From the NCBI RefSeq assembly GCF_054482595.1, contig NZ_CM137008.1: a stretch of DNA of 64,000 bases; one strand, given 5' to 3'. Below are positions 44,953 to 55,838 of this stretch, piece after piece (positions within the stretch are counted from its first letter, which is position 1; each line of letters opens with the position of its first letter). A program made the translations under genes and the position numbers. The notes beneath the pieces were generated by a model. It saw only the letters and a list, made by a program, of their open reading frames with translations, searched no databases and was not told the origin of the DNA.

Positions 44953-45375
44953 ATGAAGAAAGTAGCCGCGTTTGTTGCGCTAAGCCTGCTGATGGCGGGA
45001 TGTGTAAGTAATGACAAAATTGCTGTAACGCCAGAACAGCTACAGCATCATCGCTTTGTGCTGGAAAGCGTAAACGGTAAGCCCGTGACCAGCGATAAAA
45101 ATCCGCCAGAAATCAGCTTTGGTGAAAAAATGATGATTTCCGGCAGCATGTGTAACCGCTTTAGCGGTGAAGGCAAACTGTCTAATGGTGAACTGACAGC
45201 CAAAGGGCTGGCAATGACCCGTATGATGTGCGCTAACCCGCAGCTTAATGAACTCGATAACACCATTAGCGAAATGCTGAAAGAAGGTGCACAAGTGGAT
45301 CTGACCGCGAACCAGTTAACGCTGGCGACCGCGAAACAGACATTAACTTATAAGCTGGCGGATTTAATGAATTAA
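44953..45375 (+). CDS. hslJ: Heat-shock lipoprotein HslJ
   Basis: Track ORF (TTG 44941) trimmed to ATG 44953 MKKVAAFVALSLLMAGCVSN... (140 aa). Confidence 0.85.
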   Translation: MKKVAAFVALSLLMAGCVSNDKIAVTPEQLQHHRFVLESVNGKPVTSDKNPPEISFGEKMMISGSMCNRFSGEGKLSNGELTAKGLAMTRMMCANPQLNELDNTISEMLKEGAQVDLTANQLTLATAKQTLTYKLADLMN

Positions 45376-45638
45376 TAGCTGCCACAGCTCCCGGCGGCAA
45401 GTGACTGTTCACTACAGCGTTTGCCGTTGGGTAATGCACACATCCCAATCGCCGTACCATCCAGTTGACGGGCAACAGAAAGCGAACCGCCGATCATTGC
45501 ACAATTTGCTTCTCCACTACTGGACATCGACGCTTTTAAACCTGGCGCTACGTGCGCCGCAGTCGCCTGCTGAACAGGCTCACTACTACACGCCGACAAC
45601 AATAAAGCGGCACCCCCTACCCAAAACGCTGCTCGCAT
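45372..45638 (-). CDS. ydbJ: DUF333-family lipoprotein YdbJ
   Basis: 88-aa ORF MRAAFWVGGAALLLSACSSEP...; 3' end overlaps hslJ 3' end by 4 nt. Confidence 0.8.
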   Translation of the reverse strand: MRAAFWVGGAALLLSACSSEPVQQATAAHVAPGLKASMSSSGEANCAMIGGSLSVARQLDGTAIGMCALPNGKRCSEQSLAAGSCGSY

Positions 45639-45911
45639 CTCTTCTTCCTCTAATCTTCAAGCCAAACGACACCGCCATAAATAATAGGCAGCACAGAGGG
45701 CGGCGTCGAGAGCTGTCCTGCGCGTTGCCCCGCATTTTTACTTTTTTTTGGCTATTTTTTTGCCCTCTGTTTGATCAAAACATTCATTACTCTGATGTGG
45801 GGGACACAAAAGCGAAAATGCAGAAGAAAGCCATTTGCTAAAATTGAAGGATTACTACTGGGCGCGCAGCAATTTCGTGCGCCCCTCATTTGCGCAATGT
45901 AAGGGTGTCAT

Positions 45912-48900
45912 ATGATTACTATTGACGGTAATGGCGCGGTTGCTTCGGTGGCGTTTCGCACCAGTGAAGTTATCGCCATCTACCCTATTACCCCCAGTTC
46001 CACGATGGCAGAACAGGCTGATGCCTGGGCCGGAAACGGCTTGAAGAACGTTTGGGGAGACACACCACGCGTGGTTGAAATGCAGTCGGAGGCGGGTGCT
46101 ATCGCTACCGTGCATGGCGCTTTGCAGACGGGTGCCCTTTCAACATCGTTTACGTCATCGCAGGGTTTGCTGCTGATGATCCCGACGCTGTACAAACTGG
46201 CAGGCGAACTCACACCGTTTGTCCTGCATGTAGCGGCACGTACCGTTGCCACACATGCACTTTCTATTTTTGGCGATCATTCCGACGTCATGGCGGTGCG
46301 CCAGACGGGTTGCGCGATGTTGTGTGCGGCAAACGTCCAGGAAGCGCAAGACTTTGCTCTCATTTCGCACATCGCGACGCTGAAAAGCCGCGTGCCATTT
46401 ATTCATTTCTTTGATGGTTTCCGTACGTCCCACGAAATCAACAAAATTGTCCCGCTGGCCGATGACACTATTCTTGATCTCATGCCGCAGGCCGAAATTG
46501 ATGCTCATCGCGCCCGGGCGCTCAACCCGGAACATCCGGTGATCCGCGGTACGTCAGCCAATCCTGACACTTATTTCCAGTCTCGCGAAGCCACCAACCC
46601 ATGGTACAACGCGGTCTATGACCATGTTGAACAGGCGATGAATGATTTCTCTGCCGCGACAGGTCGTCAGTATCAGCCGTTTGAATATTACGGGCATCCG
46701 CAAGCGGAACGGGTGATTATCCTGATGGGCTCTGCCATTGGCACCTGTGAAGAAGTGGTTGATGAATTGCTAACCCGTGGCGAAAAAGTTGGCGTGCTGA
46801 AAGTTCGCCTGTACCGTCCCTTCTCCGCCAAACACTTGCTGCAAGCTCTGCCGGGATCCGTACGCAGCGTGGCGGTACTGGACAGAACCAAAGAACCCGG
46901 TGCCCAGGCAGAACCGCTCTATCTGGATGTAATGACCGCACTGGCAGAAGCCTTTAATAATGGCGAGCGCGAAACTCTGCCCCGTGTCATTGGTGGGCGC
47001 TATGGTCTTTCATCCAAAGAATTTGGCCCGGACTGTGTACTGGCGGTATTTGCCGAGCTCAACGCGGCTAAACCGAAAGCGCGCTTTACGGTTGGTATTT
47101 ACGATGATGTGACCAATCTGTCACTGCCGTTGCCGGAAAACACCCTGCCAAACTCGGCGAAACTGGAAGCCTTGTTTTATGGCCTTGGTAGTGATGGCAG
47201 CGTTTCCGCGACCAAAAACAATATCAAGATTATCGGTAATTCCACGCCGTGGTACGCACAGGGTTATTTTGTTTACGACTCCAAAAAGGCGGGCGGCCTG
47301 ACGGTTTCTCACCTTCGCGTGAGCGAACAGCCGATTCGTTCCGCTTATCTCATTTCCCAGGCTGATTTTGTTGGCTGCCACCAGTTGCAGTTTATCGATA
47401 AATATCAGATGGCTGAGCGTTTAAAACCTGGCGGCATTTTCCTGCTTAATACGCCGTACAGCGCAGATGAAGTGTGGTCGCGCTTGCCGCAAGAAGTTCA
47501 GGCCGTGTTAAACCAGAAAAAAGCGCGCTTCTATGTAATTAACGCAGCGAAAATCGCCCGCGAATGTGGCCTGGCGGCCCGTATTAATACCGTCATGCAG
47601 ATGGCTTTTTTCCATCTGACGCAAATTCTGCCTGGCGATAGCGCCCTCGCAGAATTGCAGGGTGCGATTGCCAAAAGTTACAGTAGCAAAGGCCAGGATC
47701 TGGTGGAACGCAACTGGCAGGCTCTGGCGCTGGCGCGTGAATCCGTAGAAGAAGTTCCGTTGCAACCGGTAAATCCGCACAGCGCCAATCGACCGCCAGT
47801 GGTTTCCGATGCCGCCCCTGATTTCGTGAAAACCGTAACCGCGGCGATGCTCGCCGGGCTTGGTGATGCCCTCCCCGTTTCGGCGCTGCCGCCAGACGGC
47901 ACCTGGCCGATGGGCACCACTCGCTGGGAAAAACGCAATATCGCCGAAGAGATCCCCATCTGGAAAGAGGAACTCTGTACCCAATGTAACCACTGCGTCG
48001 CCGCTTGCCCACACTCAGCTATTCGCGCAAAAGTGGTACCGCCTGAAGCGATGGAAAACGCCCCTGCCAGCCTGCATTCGCTGGATGTGAAATCGCGTGA
48101 TATGCGCGGGCAGAAATATGTCTTGCAGGTGGCTCCAGAAGATTGCACCGGTTGTAACCTGTGCGTCGAAGTTTGCCCGGCGAAAGACCGTCAGAATCCA
48201 GAGATTAAAGCCATCAATATGATGTCGCGCCTGGAACATGTCGAAGAAGAGAAAATCAATTACGATTTCTTCCTCAACCTGCCAGAAATCGACCGTAGCA
48301 AACTGGAACGTATTGATATTCGTACATCGCAGCTGATTACACCACTGTTTGAATATTCCGGTGCTTGCTCCGGTTGTGGCGAGACGCCGTATATTAAATT
48401 GCTGACTCAGCTCTATGGCGACCGGATGTTGATCGCTAACGCCACCGGCTGTTCTTCAATTTATGGCGGTAACCTGCCCTCTACACCGTATACCACCGAT
48501 GCCAACGGTCGTGGGCCGGCATGGGCGAACTCTCTATTTGAAGATAATGCCGAATTTGGCCTTGGTTTCCGCCTGACGGTCGATCAACACCGTGTCCGCG
48601 TGCTGCGTCTGCTGGATCAATTTGCCGATAAAATCCCGGCGGAATTACTGACGGCGTTGAAATCAGACGCCACGCCAGAGGTTCGTCGTGAACAGGTTGC
48701 AGCTTTACGCCAGCAACTCAATGATGTTGCCGAAGCACATGAACTGCTGCGTGACGCAGATGCACTGGTGGAAAAATCAATCTGGCTGATTGGTGGCGAC
48801 GGCTGGGCTTACGATATCGGCTTTGGCGGTCTGGATCATGTATTGAGTTTGACGGAAAACGTCAACATTCTGGTGCTGGATACGCAATGCTATTCCAACA

Positions 48901-49436
48901 CCGGTGGTCAGGCGTCGAAAGCGACACCGCTGGGTGCAGTAACTAAATTTGGCGAGCACGGCAAACGTAAAGCGCGTAAAGATCTTGGCGTCAGTATGAT
49001 GATGTACGGTCATGTTTATGTGGCGCAGATTTCTCTCGGCGCGCAACTGAACCAGACGGTGAAAGCGATTCAGGAAGCGGAAGCGTATCCGGGACCATCG
49101 CTGATCATTGCTTATAGCCCGTGTGAAGAGCATGGTTACGATCTGGCACTCAGCCATGACCAGATGCGCCAACTCACAGCTACCGGCTTCTGGCCGCTAT
49201 ATCGCTTCGATCCGCGTCGTGCCGATGAAGGCAAACTGCCGCTGGCGCTGGATTCACGCCCGCCGTCAGAAGCACTGGAAGAAACGTTACTTCACGAGCA
49301 ACGTTTCCGTCGTCTGAATTCGCAGCAGCCAGAAGTGGCAGAACAGTTATGGAAAGATGCTGCAGCTGATTTGCAAAAACGCTATGACTTCCTGGCACAA
49401 ATGGCCGGAAAAGCGGAAAAAAGCAACACCGATTAA
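45912..49436 (+). CDS. ydbK: Pyruvate:flavodoxin/ferredoxin oxidoreductase (PFOR)
   Basis: 1174-aa ORF with two 4Fe-4S ferredoxin motifs (CTQCNHCVAACP, CTGCNLCVEVCP) and TPP-binding region. Confidence 0.95.
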   Translation: MITIDGNGAVASVAFRTSEVIAIYPITPSSTMAEQADAWAGNGLKNVWGDTPRVVEMQSEAGAIATVHGALQTGALSTSFTSSQGLLLMIPTLYKLAGELTPFVLHVAARTVATHALSIFGDHSDVMAVRQTGCAMLCAANVQEAQDFALISHIATLKSRVPFIHFFDGFRTSHEINKIVPLADDTILDLMPQAEIDAHRARALNPEHPVIRGTSANPDTYFQSREATNPWYNAVYDHVEQAMNDFSAATGRQYQPFEYYGHPQAERVIILMGSAIGTCEEVVDELLTRGEKVGVLKVRLYRPFSAKHLLQALPGSVRSVAVLDRTKEPGAQAEPLYLDVMTALAEAFNNGERETLPRVIGGRYGLSSKEFGPDCVLAVFAELNAAKPKARFTVGIYDDVTNLSLPLPENTLPNSAKLEALFYGLGSDGSVSATKNNIKIIGNSTPWYAQGYFVYDSKKAGGLTVSHLRVSEQPIRSAYLISQADFVGCHQLQFIDKYQMAERLKPGGIFLLNTPYSADEVWSRLPQEVQAVLNQKKARFYVINAAKIARECGLAARINTVMQMAFFHLTQILPGDSALAELQGAIAKSYSSKGQDLVERNWQALALARESVEEVPLQPVNPHSANRPPVVSDAAPDFVKTVTAAMLAGLGDALPVSALPPDGTWPMGTTRWEKRNIAEEIPIWKEELCTQCNHCVAACPHSAIRAKVVPPEAMENAPASLHSLDVKSRDMRGQKYVLQVAPEDCTGCNLCVEVCPAKDRQNPEIKAINMMSRLEHVEEEKINYDFFLNLPEIDRSKLERIDIRTSQLITPLFEYSGACSGCGETPYIKLLTQLYGDRMLIANATGCSSIYGGNLPSTPYTTDANGRGPAWANSLFEDNAEFGLGFRLTVDQHRVRVLRLLDQFADKIPAELLTALKSDATPEVRREQVAALRQQLNDVAEAHELLRDADALVEKSIWLIGGDGWAYDIGFGGLDHVLSLTENVNILVLDTQCYSNTGGQASKATPLGAVTKFGEHGKRKARKDLGVSMMMYGHVYVAQISLGAQLNQTVKAIQEAEAYPGPSLIIAYSPCEEHGYDLALSHDQMRQLTATGFWPLYRFDPRRADEGKLPLALDSRPPSEALEETLLHEQRFRRLNSQQPEVAEQLWKDAAADLQKRYDFLAQMAGKAEKSNTD

Positions 49437-49464
49437 ATGCTCTGGATAAGGATTATCCAATTCT

Positions 49465-49500
49465 AAAAAAAAGCCCGGACGACTGTTCGGGCTTGTCTTT
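49465..49500. terminator. Bidirectional intrinsic terminator shared by ydbK (+) and micC (-)
   Basis: Hairpin gcccggacgactgttcgggc flanked by A8 upstream and ttgtcttttt downstream. Confidence 0.6.
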
Positions 49501-49574
49501 TTATATGTTGGAAAATCAGTGGCAATGCAATGGCCCAACAGAAAATAAAATCTGTGACAATAAAGGCATATAAC
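49466..49574 (-). ncRNA. micC: MicC small RNA (porin-mRNA repressor)
   Basis: Minus strand reads GTTATATGCCTTTATTGTCACAGATTTTATTTTCTGTTGGGCCATTGCATTGCC...GCCCGAACAGTCGTCCGGGCTTTTTTT, matching MicC as I remember it; lies between ydbK and ompN. Confidence 0.8.
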
Positions 49575-49801
49575 CCGCGCAGAATAACGTATAGAAAATT
49601 AAAAGTATAATTTTTATTTTGTATGTATTATCTTCGATACATTCACCAGACTTATTATCATTTCAGAGGAATTATTTGATTAAGGTTTTACTTAAGGCGT
49701 AACAAATGATATTTATCAGCTAACTGAACTTCTCCTTTAGGATGTTTTCACTCCCCGAAATGGGGATAAAAGGCAAATAAAATAACTAAAGGATTTATTC
49801 A

Positions 49802-50935
49802 ATGAAAAGCAAAGTACTGGCACTTTTAATTCCTGCCCTGCTCGCCGCAGGTGCTGCACATGCAGCCGAAGTTTATAATAAAGACGGCAACAAATTAGAT
49901 CTGTATGGCAAAGTTGATGGCCTGCATTATTTTTCTGATAATTCAGCGAAAGATGGCGACCAGAGCTATGCGCGTCTGGGTTTTAAAGGCGAAACCCAAA
50001 TTAACGATCAACTTACTGGCTACGGTCAATGGGAATACAATATTCAGGCAAACAACACTGAATCTTCAAAAAACCAGTCATGGACCCGTCTGGCATTTGC
50101 CGGACTGAAATTTGCAGATTACGGTTCTTTCGATTACGGACGTAATTATGGCGTAATGTACGACATCGAAGGCTGGACCGATATGCTGCCTGAATTTGGC
50201 GGTGACTCTTATACCAATGCAGACAACTTTATGACTGGTCGAGCCAATGGCGTCGCGACTTATCGTAATACTGATTTCTTCGGTCTGGTAAATGGTCTGA
50301 ACTTCGCGGTGCAGTATCAAGGTAACAACGAAGGAGCCAGTAATGGTCAGGAAGGCACCAACAACGGACGTGATGTTCGCCATGAAAACGGTGACGGCTG
50401 GGGTCTTTCCACAACATATGATTTAGGCATGGGCTTTAGCGCTGGTGCGGCATACACATCTTCTGACCGCACCAATGACCAGGTTAACCATACTGCGGCG
50501 GGTGGTGATAAAGCAGACGCGTGGACTGCTGGGCTAAAATACGATGCTAACAATATTTACCTGGCAACCATGTATTCAGAAACGCGTAATATGACCCCGT
50601 TTGGCGACAGCGATTATGCTGTTGCAAACAAAACCCAGAACTTTGAAGTCACTGCACAGTACCAGTTTGATTTTGGTCTGCGTCCGGCAGTCTCTTTCCT
50701 GATGTCTAAAGGCCGTGACCTGCACGCTGCCGGTGGTGCAGACAACCCGGCAGGTGTTGATGATAAAGATCTGGTTAAATACGCCGATGTTGGCGCGACT
50801 TACTATTTCAATAAAAACATGTCCACCTATGTTGACTATAAAATCAACCTGTTGGATGAAGATGACAGTTTCTACGCTGCCAACGGCATCTCTACCGATG
50901 ATATTGTCGCTTTAGGTCTGGTTTATCAGTTCTAA
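49802..50935 (+). CDS. ompN: Outer membrane porin OmpN (OmpC/F family)
   Basis: 377-aa ORF with signal peptide [21 protein letters not shown] and C-terminal ...GLVYQF. Confidence 0.9.
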   Translation: MKSKVLALLIPALLAAGAAHAAEVYNKDGNKLDLYGKVDGLHYFSDNSAKDGDQSYARLGFKGETQINDQLTGYGQWEYNIQANNTESSKNQSWTRLAFAGLKFADYGSFDYGRNYGVMYDIEGWTDMLPEFGGDSYTNADNFMTGRANGVATYRNTDFFGLVNGLNFAVQYQGNNEGASNGQEGTNNGRDVRHENGDGWGLSTTYDLGMGFSAGAAYTSSDRTNDQVNHTAAGGDKADAWTAGLKYDANNIYLATMYSETRNMTPFGDSDYAVANKTQNFEVTAQYQFDFGLRPAVSFLMSKGRDLHAAGGADNPAGVDDKDLVKYADVGATYYFNKNMSTYVDYKINLLDEDDSFYAANGISTDDIVALGLVYQF

Positions 50936-50943
50936 ATCCTCCT

Positions 50944-50967
50944 GCCCGCTGTTATGGCGGGCTTTTT
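50944..50967 (+). terminator. Intrinsic terminator of ompN
   Basis: gcccgc-tgttatg-gcgggc followed by T5, 9 nt after stop. Confidence 0.6.
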
Positions 50968-50994
50968 CTGCTTATTCTTCCTCCTTTGATCTAA

Positions 50995-51510
<516 letters not shown>

Positions 51511-51517
51511 CACTAAC

Positions 51518-51542
51518 GCCCGCACATTGCTGCGGGCTTTTT
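51518..51542 (+). terminator. Intrinsic terminator of uspF
   Basis: gcccgca-cattgc-tgcgggc followed by T5. Confidence 0.6.
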
Positions 51543-51685
51543 GATTCATTTCGCAAATGTGCTGACATTTTCCCCTCTAATCCGTACCATACACGCCACA
51601 GTTTTTATATCAGATTTCTTATGCTGGGCGTTCCGGCATGACGCATACTCTTCTGATGCCATATAACGAATTGAGTCGCTTTTAA

Positions 51686-52621
51686 ATGTCGCAAAATCAA
51701 GAAATTAGCAAGAAAGAACAATACAACCTGAACAAATTACAAAAACGCCTGCGTCGTAACGTGGGCGAAGCCATTGCTGACTTCAATATGATTGAAGAAG
51801 GCGATCGCATCATGGTTTGCCTCTCCGGGGGTAAAGACAGCTATACCATGCTGGAGATTCTGCGCAATTTGCAGCAAAGCGCGCCAATCAATTTTTCGCT
51901 GGTGGCTGTTAACCTCGATCAAAAGCAACCGGGCTTCCCGGAACACGTTCTGCCCGAGTATCTTGAAAAGCTGGGCGTTGAGTACAAGATTGTTGAAGAG
52001 AACACTTACGGTATCGTGAAAGAGAAGATTCCAGAGGGCAAAACCACTTGCTCACTGTGTTCTCGGCTACGTCGCGGTATCCTTTATCGCACCGCAACGG
52101 AACTGGGGGCGACGAAGATCGCGTTGGGCCACCATCGTGACGATATCCTGCAAACGTTGTTCTTAAATATGTTCTACGGCGGCAAGATGAAAGGTATGCC
52201 TCCGAAACTGATGAGCGATGATGGCAAACATATTGTTATTCGTCCGCTGGCCTACTGCCGCGAGAAAGATATTCAGCGATTTGCCGATGCAAAAGCGTTC
52301 CCGATTATTCCGTGCAACCTGTGCGGTTCACAGCCTAACCTGCAACGTCAGGTGATTGCTGACATGTTGCGTGACTGGGATAAACGTTATCCAGGGCGTA
52401 TCGAGACGATGTTCAGCGCGATGCAGAATGTGGTGCCGTCACATCTGTGCGATACCAACCTGTTCGATTTCAAAGGCATCACCCACGGTTCTGAAGTGGT
52501 TAACGGGGGTGATCTGGCGTTTGATCGCGAAGAGATCCCACTACAACCGGCGGGCTGGCAGCCAGAAGAAGATGAAAATCAGTTGGATGAGTTACGGCTG
52601 AATGTGGTTGAAGTGAAATAA
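51686..52621 (+). CDS. ttcA: tRNA 2-thiocytidine(32) synthetase TtcA, full length
   Basis: 311-aa ORF with PP-loop SGGKDS and CxxC pairs. Confidence 0.95.
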   Translation: MSQNQEISKKEQYNLNKLQKRLRRNVGEAIADFNMIEEGDRIMVCLSGGKDSYTMLEILRNLQQSAPINFSLVAVNLDQKQPGFPEHVLPEYLEKLGVEYKIVEENTYGIVKEKIPEGKTTCSLCSRLRRGILYRTATELGATKIALGHHRDDILQTLFLNMFYGGKMKGMPPKLMSDDGKHIVIRPLAYCREKDIQRFADAKAFPIIPCNLCGSQPNLQRQVIADMLRDWDKRYPGRIETMFSAMQNVVPSHLCDTNLFDFKGITHGSEVVNGGDLAFDREEIPLQPAGWQPEEDENQLDELRLNVVEVK

Positions 52622-52631
52622 CCAGGATAGC

Positions 52632-52701
52632 GCCCGATGCGCAAGCGTATCGGGCTACTCTTATGGAGGCCGGATAAGACGCGGCCAGCGTCGCATCCGG
52701 C
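52632..52701. repeat. REP/BIME-like element (two palindromic units) between ttcA and dbpA
   Basis: gcccgatgcgcaagcgtatcgggc and gccggataagacgcggccagcgtcgcatccggc, typical REP palindromic units. Confidence 0.6.
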
Positions 52702-52749
52702 AATCCCGAATAAGATGTTTACTCTTGCACCCGGCAATTCAACATTTCA

Positions 52750-54123
52750 TTATTTTAATAACCGCACCCGGCACGTTTTTCCTTTAATCTTCCCGCCCTG
52801 TAACTGTTTCCATGCTTTATGAGCAACAGCCTGACGGACCGCGACATAGACATGCGCCGGATGCACGGCGATTTTGCCTATATCTGCGCCATCAAGCCCG
52901 ATATCTCCTGTCAGTGCACCTAATACATCACCCGGGCGCATTTTGGCTTTTTTCCCGCCATCGATACACAACGTTGCCATTTCTGCTTCCAGCGTCACAA
53001 TGGAACTATTAGCTGGCGGCGTTTGCCAGTTAAGTTTTATCTGCAACATGTCAGAAATGATATTGGCCCGCTGTGCTTCTTCCGGAGCACAGAAACTGAT
53101 CGCCAGACCGCTATTTCCTGCACGAGCTGTACGACCGATGCGATGTACATGAACTTCAGGGTCCCACGCCAGCTCAAAGTTCACCACCAGCTCAAGCGAT
53201 TTAATATCCAGACCACGCGCAGCAACATCAGTCGCGACCAGTACACGGGCGCTACCGTTAGCAAAACGTACCAGGGTCTGATCGCGATCGCGTTGCTCCA
53301 AATCGCCGTGTAATGACAATGCACTTTGCCCTACTTCATTCAGCGCGTCGCAGACAGCCTGGCAATCTTTTTTGGTATTGCAAAACACCACGCAAGAGGA
53401 TGGCTGATGCAAGCTTAATAACCGTTGCAACAGAGGAATTTTGCCTTTACTGGATGTCTCATAAAATTGTTGTTCAATGGGTGGCAAAGCATCTGTTGAG
53501 TCAATTTCAATCGCCAAAGGATCGCGTTGCACTCGTCCGCTGATTGCGGCGATGGCTTCCGGCCAGGTTGCCGAAAACAGAAGCGTCTGTCGAGATGCAG
53601 GCGCAAAACGGATGACATCATCAATGGCATCGCTAAATCCCATATCCAGCATGCGGTCGGCCTCATCCATCACCAAAGTATTCAGCGCATCCAGTGATAC
53701 CGTGCCTTTTTGCAGGTGATCCAGCAAACGGCCCGGCGTTGCCACGATAATATGCGGCGCATGTTGCAACGAATCACGCTGCATACCGAACGGTTGACCA
53801 CCGCACAACGTCAAAATTTTGGTATTTGGCAGAAAACGCGCCAGCCGACGCAATTCACCTGCCACCTGATCCGCCAGTTCACGCGTAGGACACAGCACTA
53901 AAGCCTGGGTTTGAAATAGCGACGCATCAATTTGCTGTAACAAGCCGAGGCCAAAAGCCGCCGTTTTGCCGCTGCCAGTTTTCGCCTGCACGCGAACATC
54001 TTTTCCGGCAAGGATCGCCGGAAGCGCGGCGGCCTGCACCGGCGTCATGGTTAAATAACCCAACTCATTAAGGTTCGTGAGTTGGGCGGGAGGCAAAACA
54101 TTCAGGGTAGAAAAAGCGGTCAC
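52750..54123 (-). CDS. dbpA: ATP-dependent 23S rRNA-specific DEAD-box RNA helicase DbpA (GTG start)
   Basis: 457-aa ORF with Walker A AKTGSGKTAAF and DEAD motif VMDEADRMLD. Confidence 0.95.
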   Translation of the reverse strand: MTAFSTLNVLPPAQLTNLNELGYLTMTPVQAAALPAILAGKDVRVQAKTGSGKTAAFGLGLLQQIDASLFQTQALVLCPTRELADQVAGELRRLARFLPNTKILTLCGGQPFGMQRDSLQHAPHIIVATPGRLLDHLQKGTVSLDALNTLVMDEADRMLDMGFSDAIDDVIRFAPASRQTLLFSATWPEAIAAISGRVQRDPLAIEIDSTDALPPIEQQFYETSSKGKIPLLQRLLSLHQPSSCVVFCNTKKDCQAVCDALNEVGQSALSLHGDLEQRDRDQTLVRFANGSARVLVATDVAARGLDIKSLELVVNFELAWDPEVHVHRIGRTARAGNSGLAISFCAPEEAQRANIISDMLQIKLNWQTPPANSSIVTLEAEMATLCIDGGKKAKMRPGDVLGALTGDIGLDGADIGKIAVHPAHVYVAVRQAVAHKAWKQLQGGKIKGKTCRVRLLK

Positions 54124-54155
54124 AATCTATTCTCGTGGTCATCGACGCAAAGTCA

Positions 54156-54326
54156 TCAGGCGCGTATCCTCGCAGATCTACGCTCACGATGCGACAATTT
54201 AATCGGTTCTTCATCGGGTGGTGGGTCAGGCATGGGTTGCGGGCGAGGGATCGGATCGGGCACTGGAACAGGATCGCCAGGAATCGGTTCAGGGACAGGA
54301 ATTTGCAAATAAATAAGTATCGTCAT
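54156..54326 (-). CDS. Hypothetical proline-rich small protein (56 aa) immediately upstream of dbpA; not in ORF track
   Basis: ATG at 54326 preceded by GGAGGG 5 nt upstream; MTILIYLQIPVPEPIPGDPVPVPDPIPRPQPMPDPPPDEEPIKLSHRERRSARIRA; stop 32 nt before dbpA start. Confidence 0.3.
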   Translation of the reverse strand: MTILIYLQIPVPEPIPGDPVPVPDPIPRPQPMPDPPPDEEPIKLSHRERRSARIRA

Positions 54327-54382
54327 ATTTCCCTCCGGTCATTGGGTGGACTCTTAAAGGGTAGACGCTGATAAATAACAGG

Positions 54383-54505
54383 CAAAAAAAAGCCGACTCA
54401 TCAAAGTCGGCGTCGTACGAATCAATTGTGCTATGCAGTAATTCAAAAAAGGAAGTAAGACAATATGGAGCGCAACGCCCATCGCTTGACGTTGCATTCA
54501 CCTGC
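54383..54505 (-). ncRNA. fnrS: FnrS small RNA (FNR-activated)
   Basis: Minus strand reads GCAGGTGAATGCAACGTCAAGCGATGGGCGTTGCGCTCC...GCCGACTTTGATGAGTCGGCTTTTTTTT, matching FnrS as I remember it; terminator hairpin 54392-54411 plus U8. Confidence 0.8.
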
Positions 54506-54540
54506 AAGAGAGATATTGCCCTGAATGGGTAGAGAGTTTA

Positions 54541-54554
54541 TTGACTTCGCTCAA
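54541..54554 (-). promoter_or_regulatory. Candidate FNR binding site centred about -41.5 of fnrS
   Basis: Minus strand TTGAGCGAAGTCAA (consensus TTGAT-N4-ATCAA, 2 mismatches) 35 nt upstream of candidate -10 CAATAT. Confidence 0.55.
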
Positions 54555-54600
54555 ACTTTGCGGCGTTTTTGTATACAGACAGCCGGAAAAATTGCTTTTG

Positions 54601-55605
<1,005 letters not shown>

Positions 55606-55838
55606 TTATTTTGTAGTCTAGCCTTCTGGCCCTGTTACGCAACATCTCATCACCCCATTACCCTGAAATGATTAATAAAATTCTGTCTAAATTGAATACA
55701 AAAAGCAAAATGCTTTTCCGTATACAAACCGTGTGAAGTGTTAAATAGCGTCTATCATTATCAGAATTATCTGATCATATGACGTGGCTTTTTTGCGATC
55801 GGATAGCAACAAAAATTGATAAAAATAATGGGATCTCA

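Noticed and set aside
47508-48148. Cluster of 139-168-aa minus-strand ORFs
   Set aside because: Antisense to ydbK, which has clear ferredoxin and TPP motifs; no start-site context
54082-54371. 76-aa and 78-aa plus-strand ORFs between dbpA and fnrS
   Set aside because: Gly-rich periodic translations without SD; the minus-strand proline-rich ORF with a strong SD is the better, still unproven, candidate
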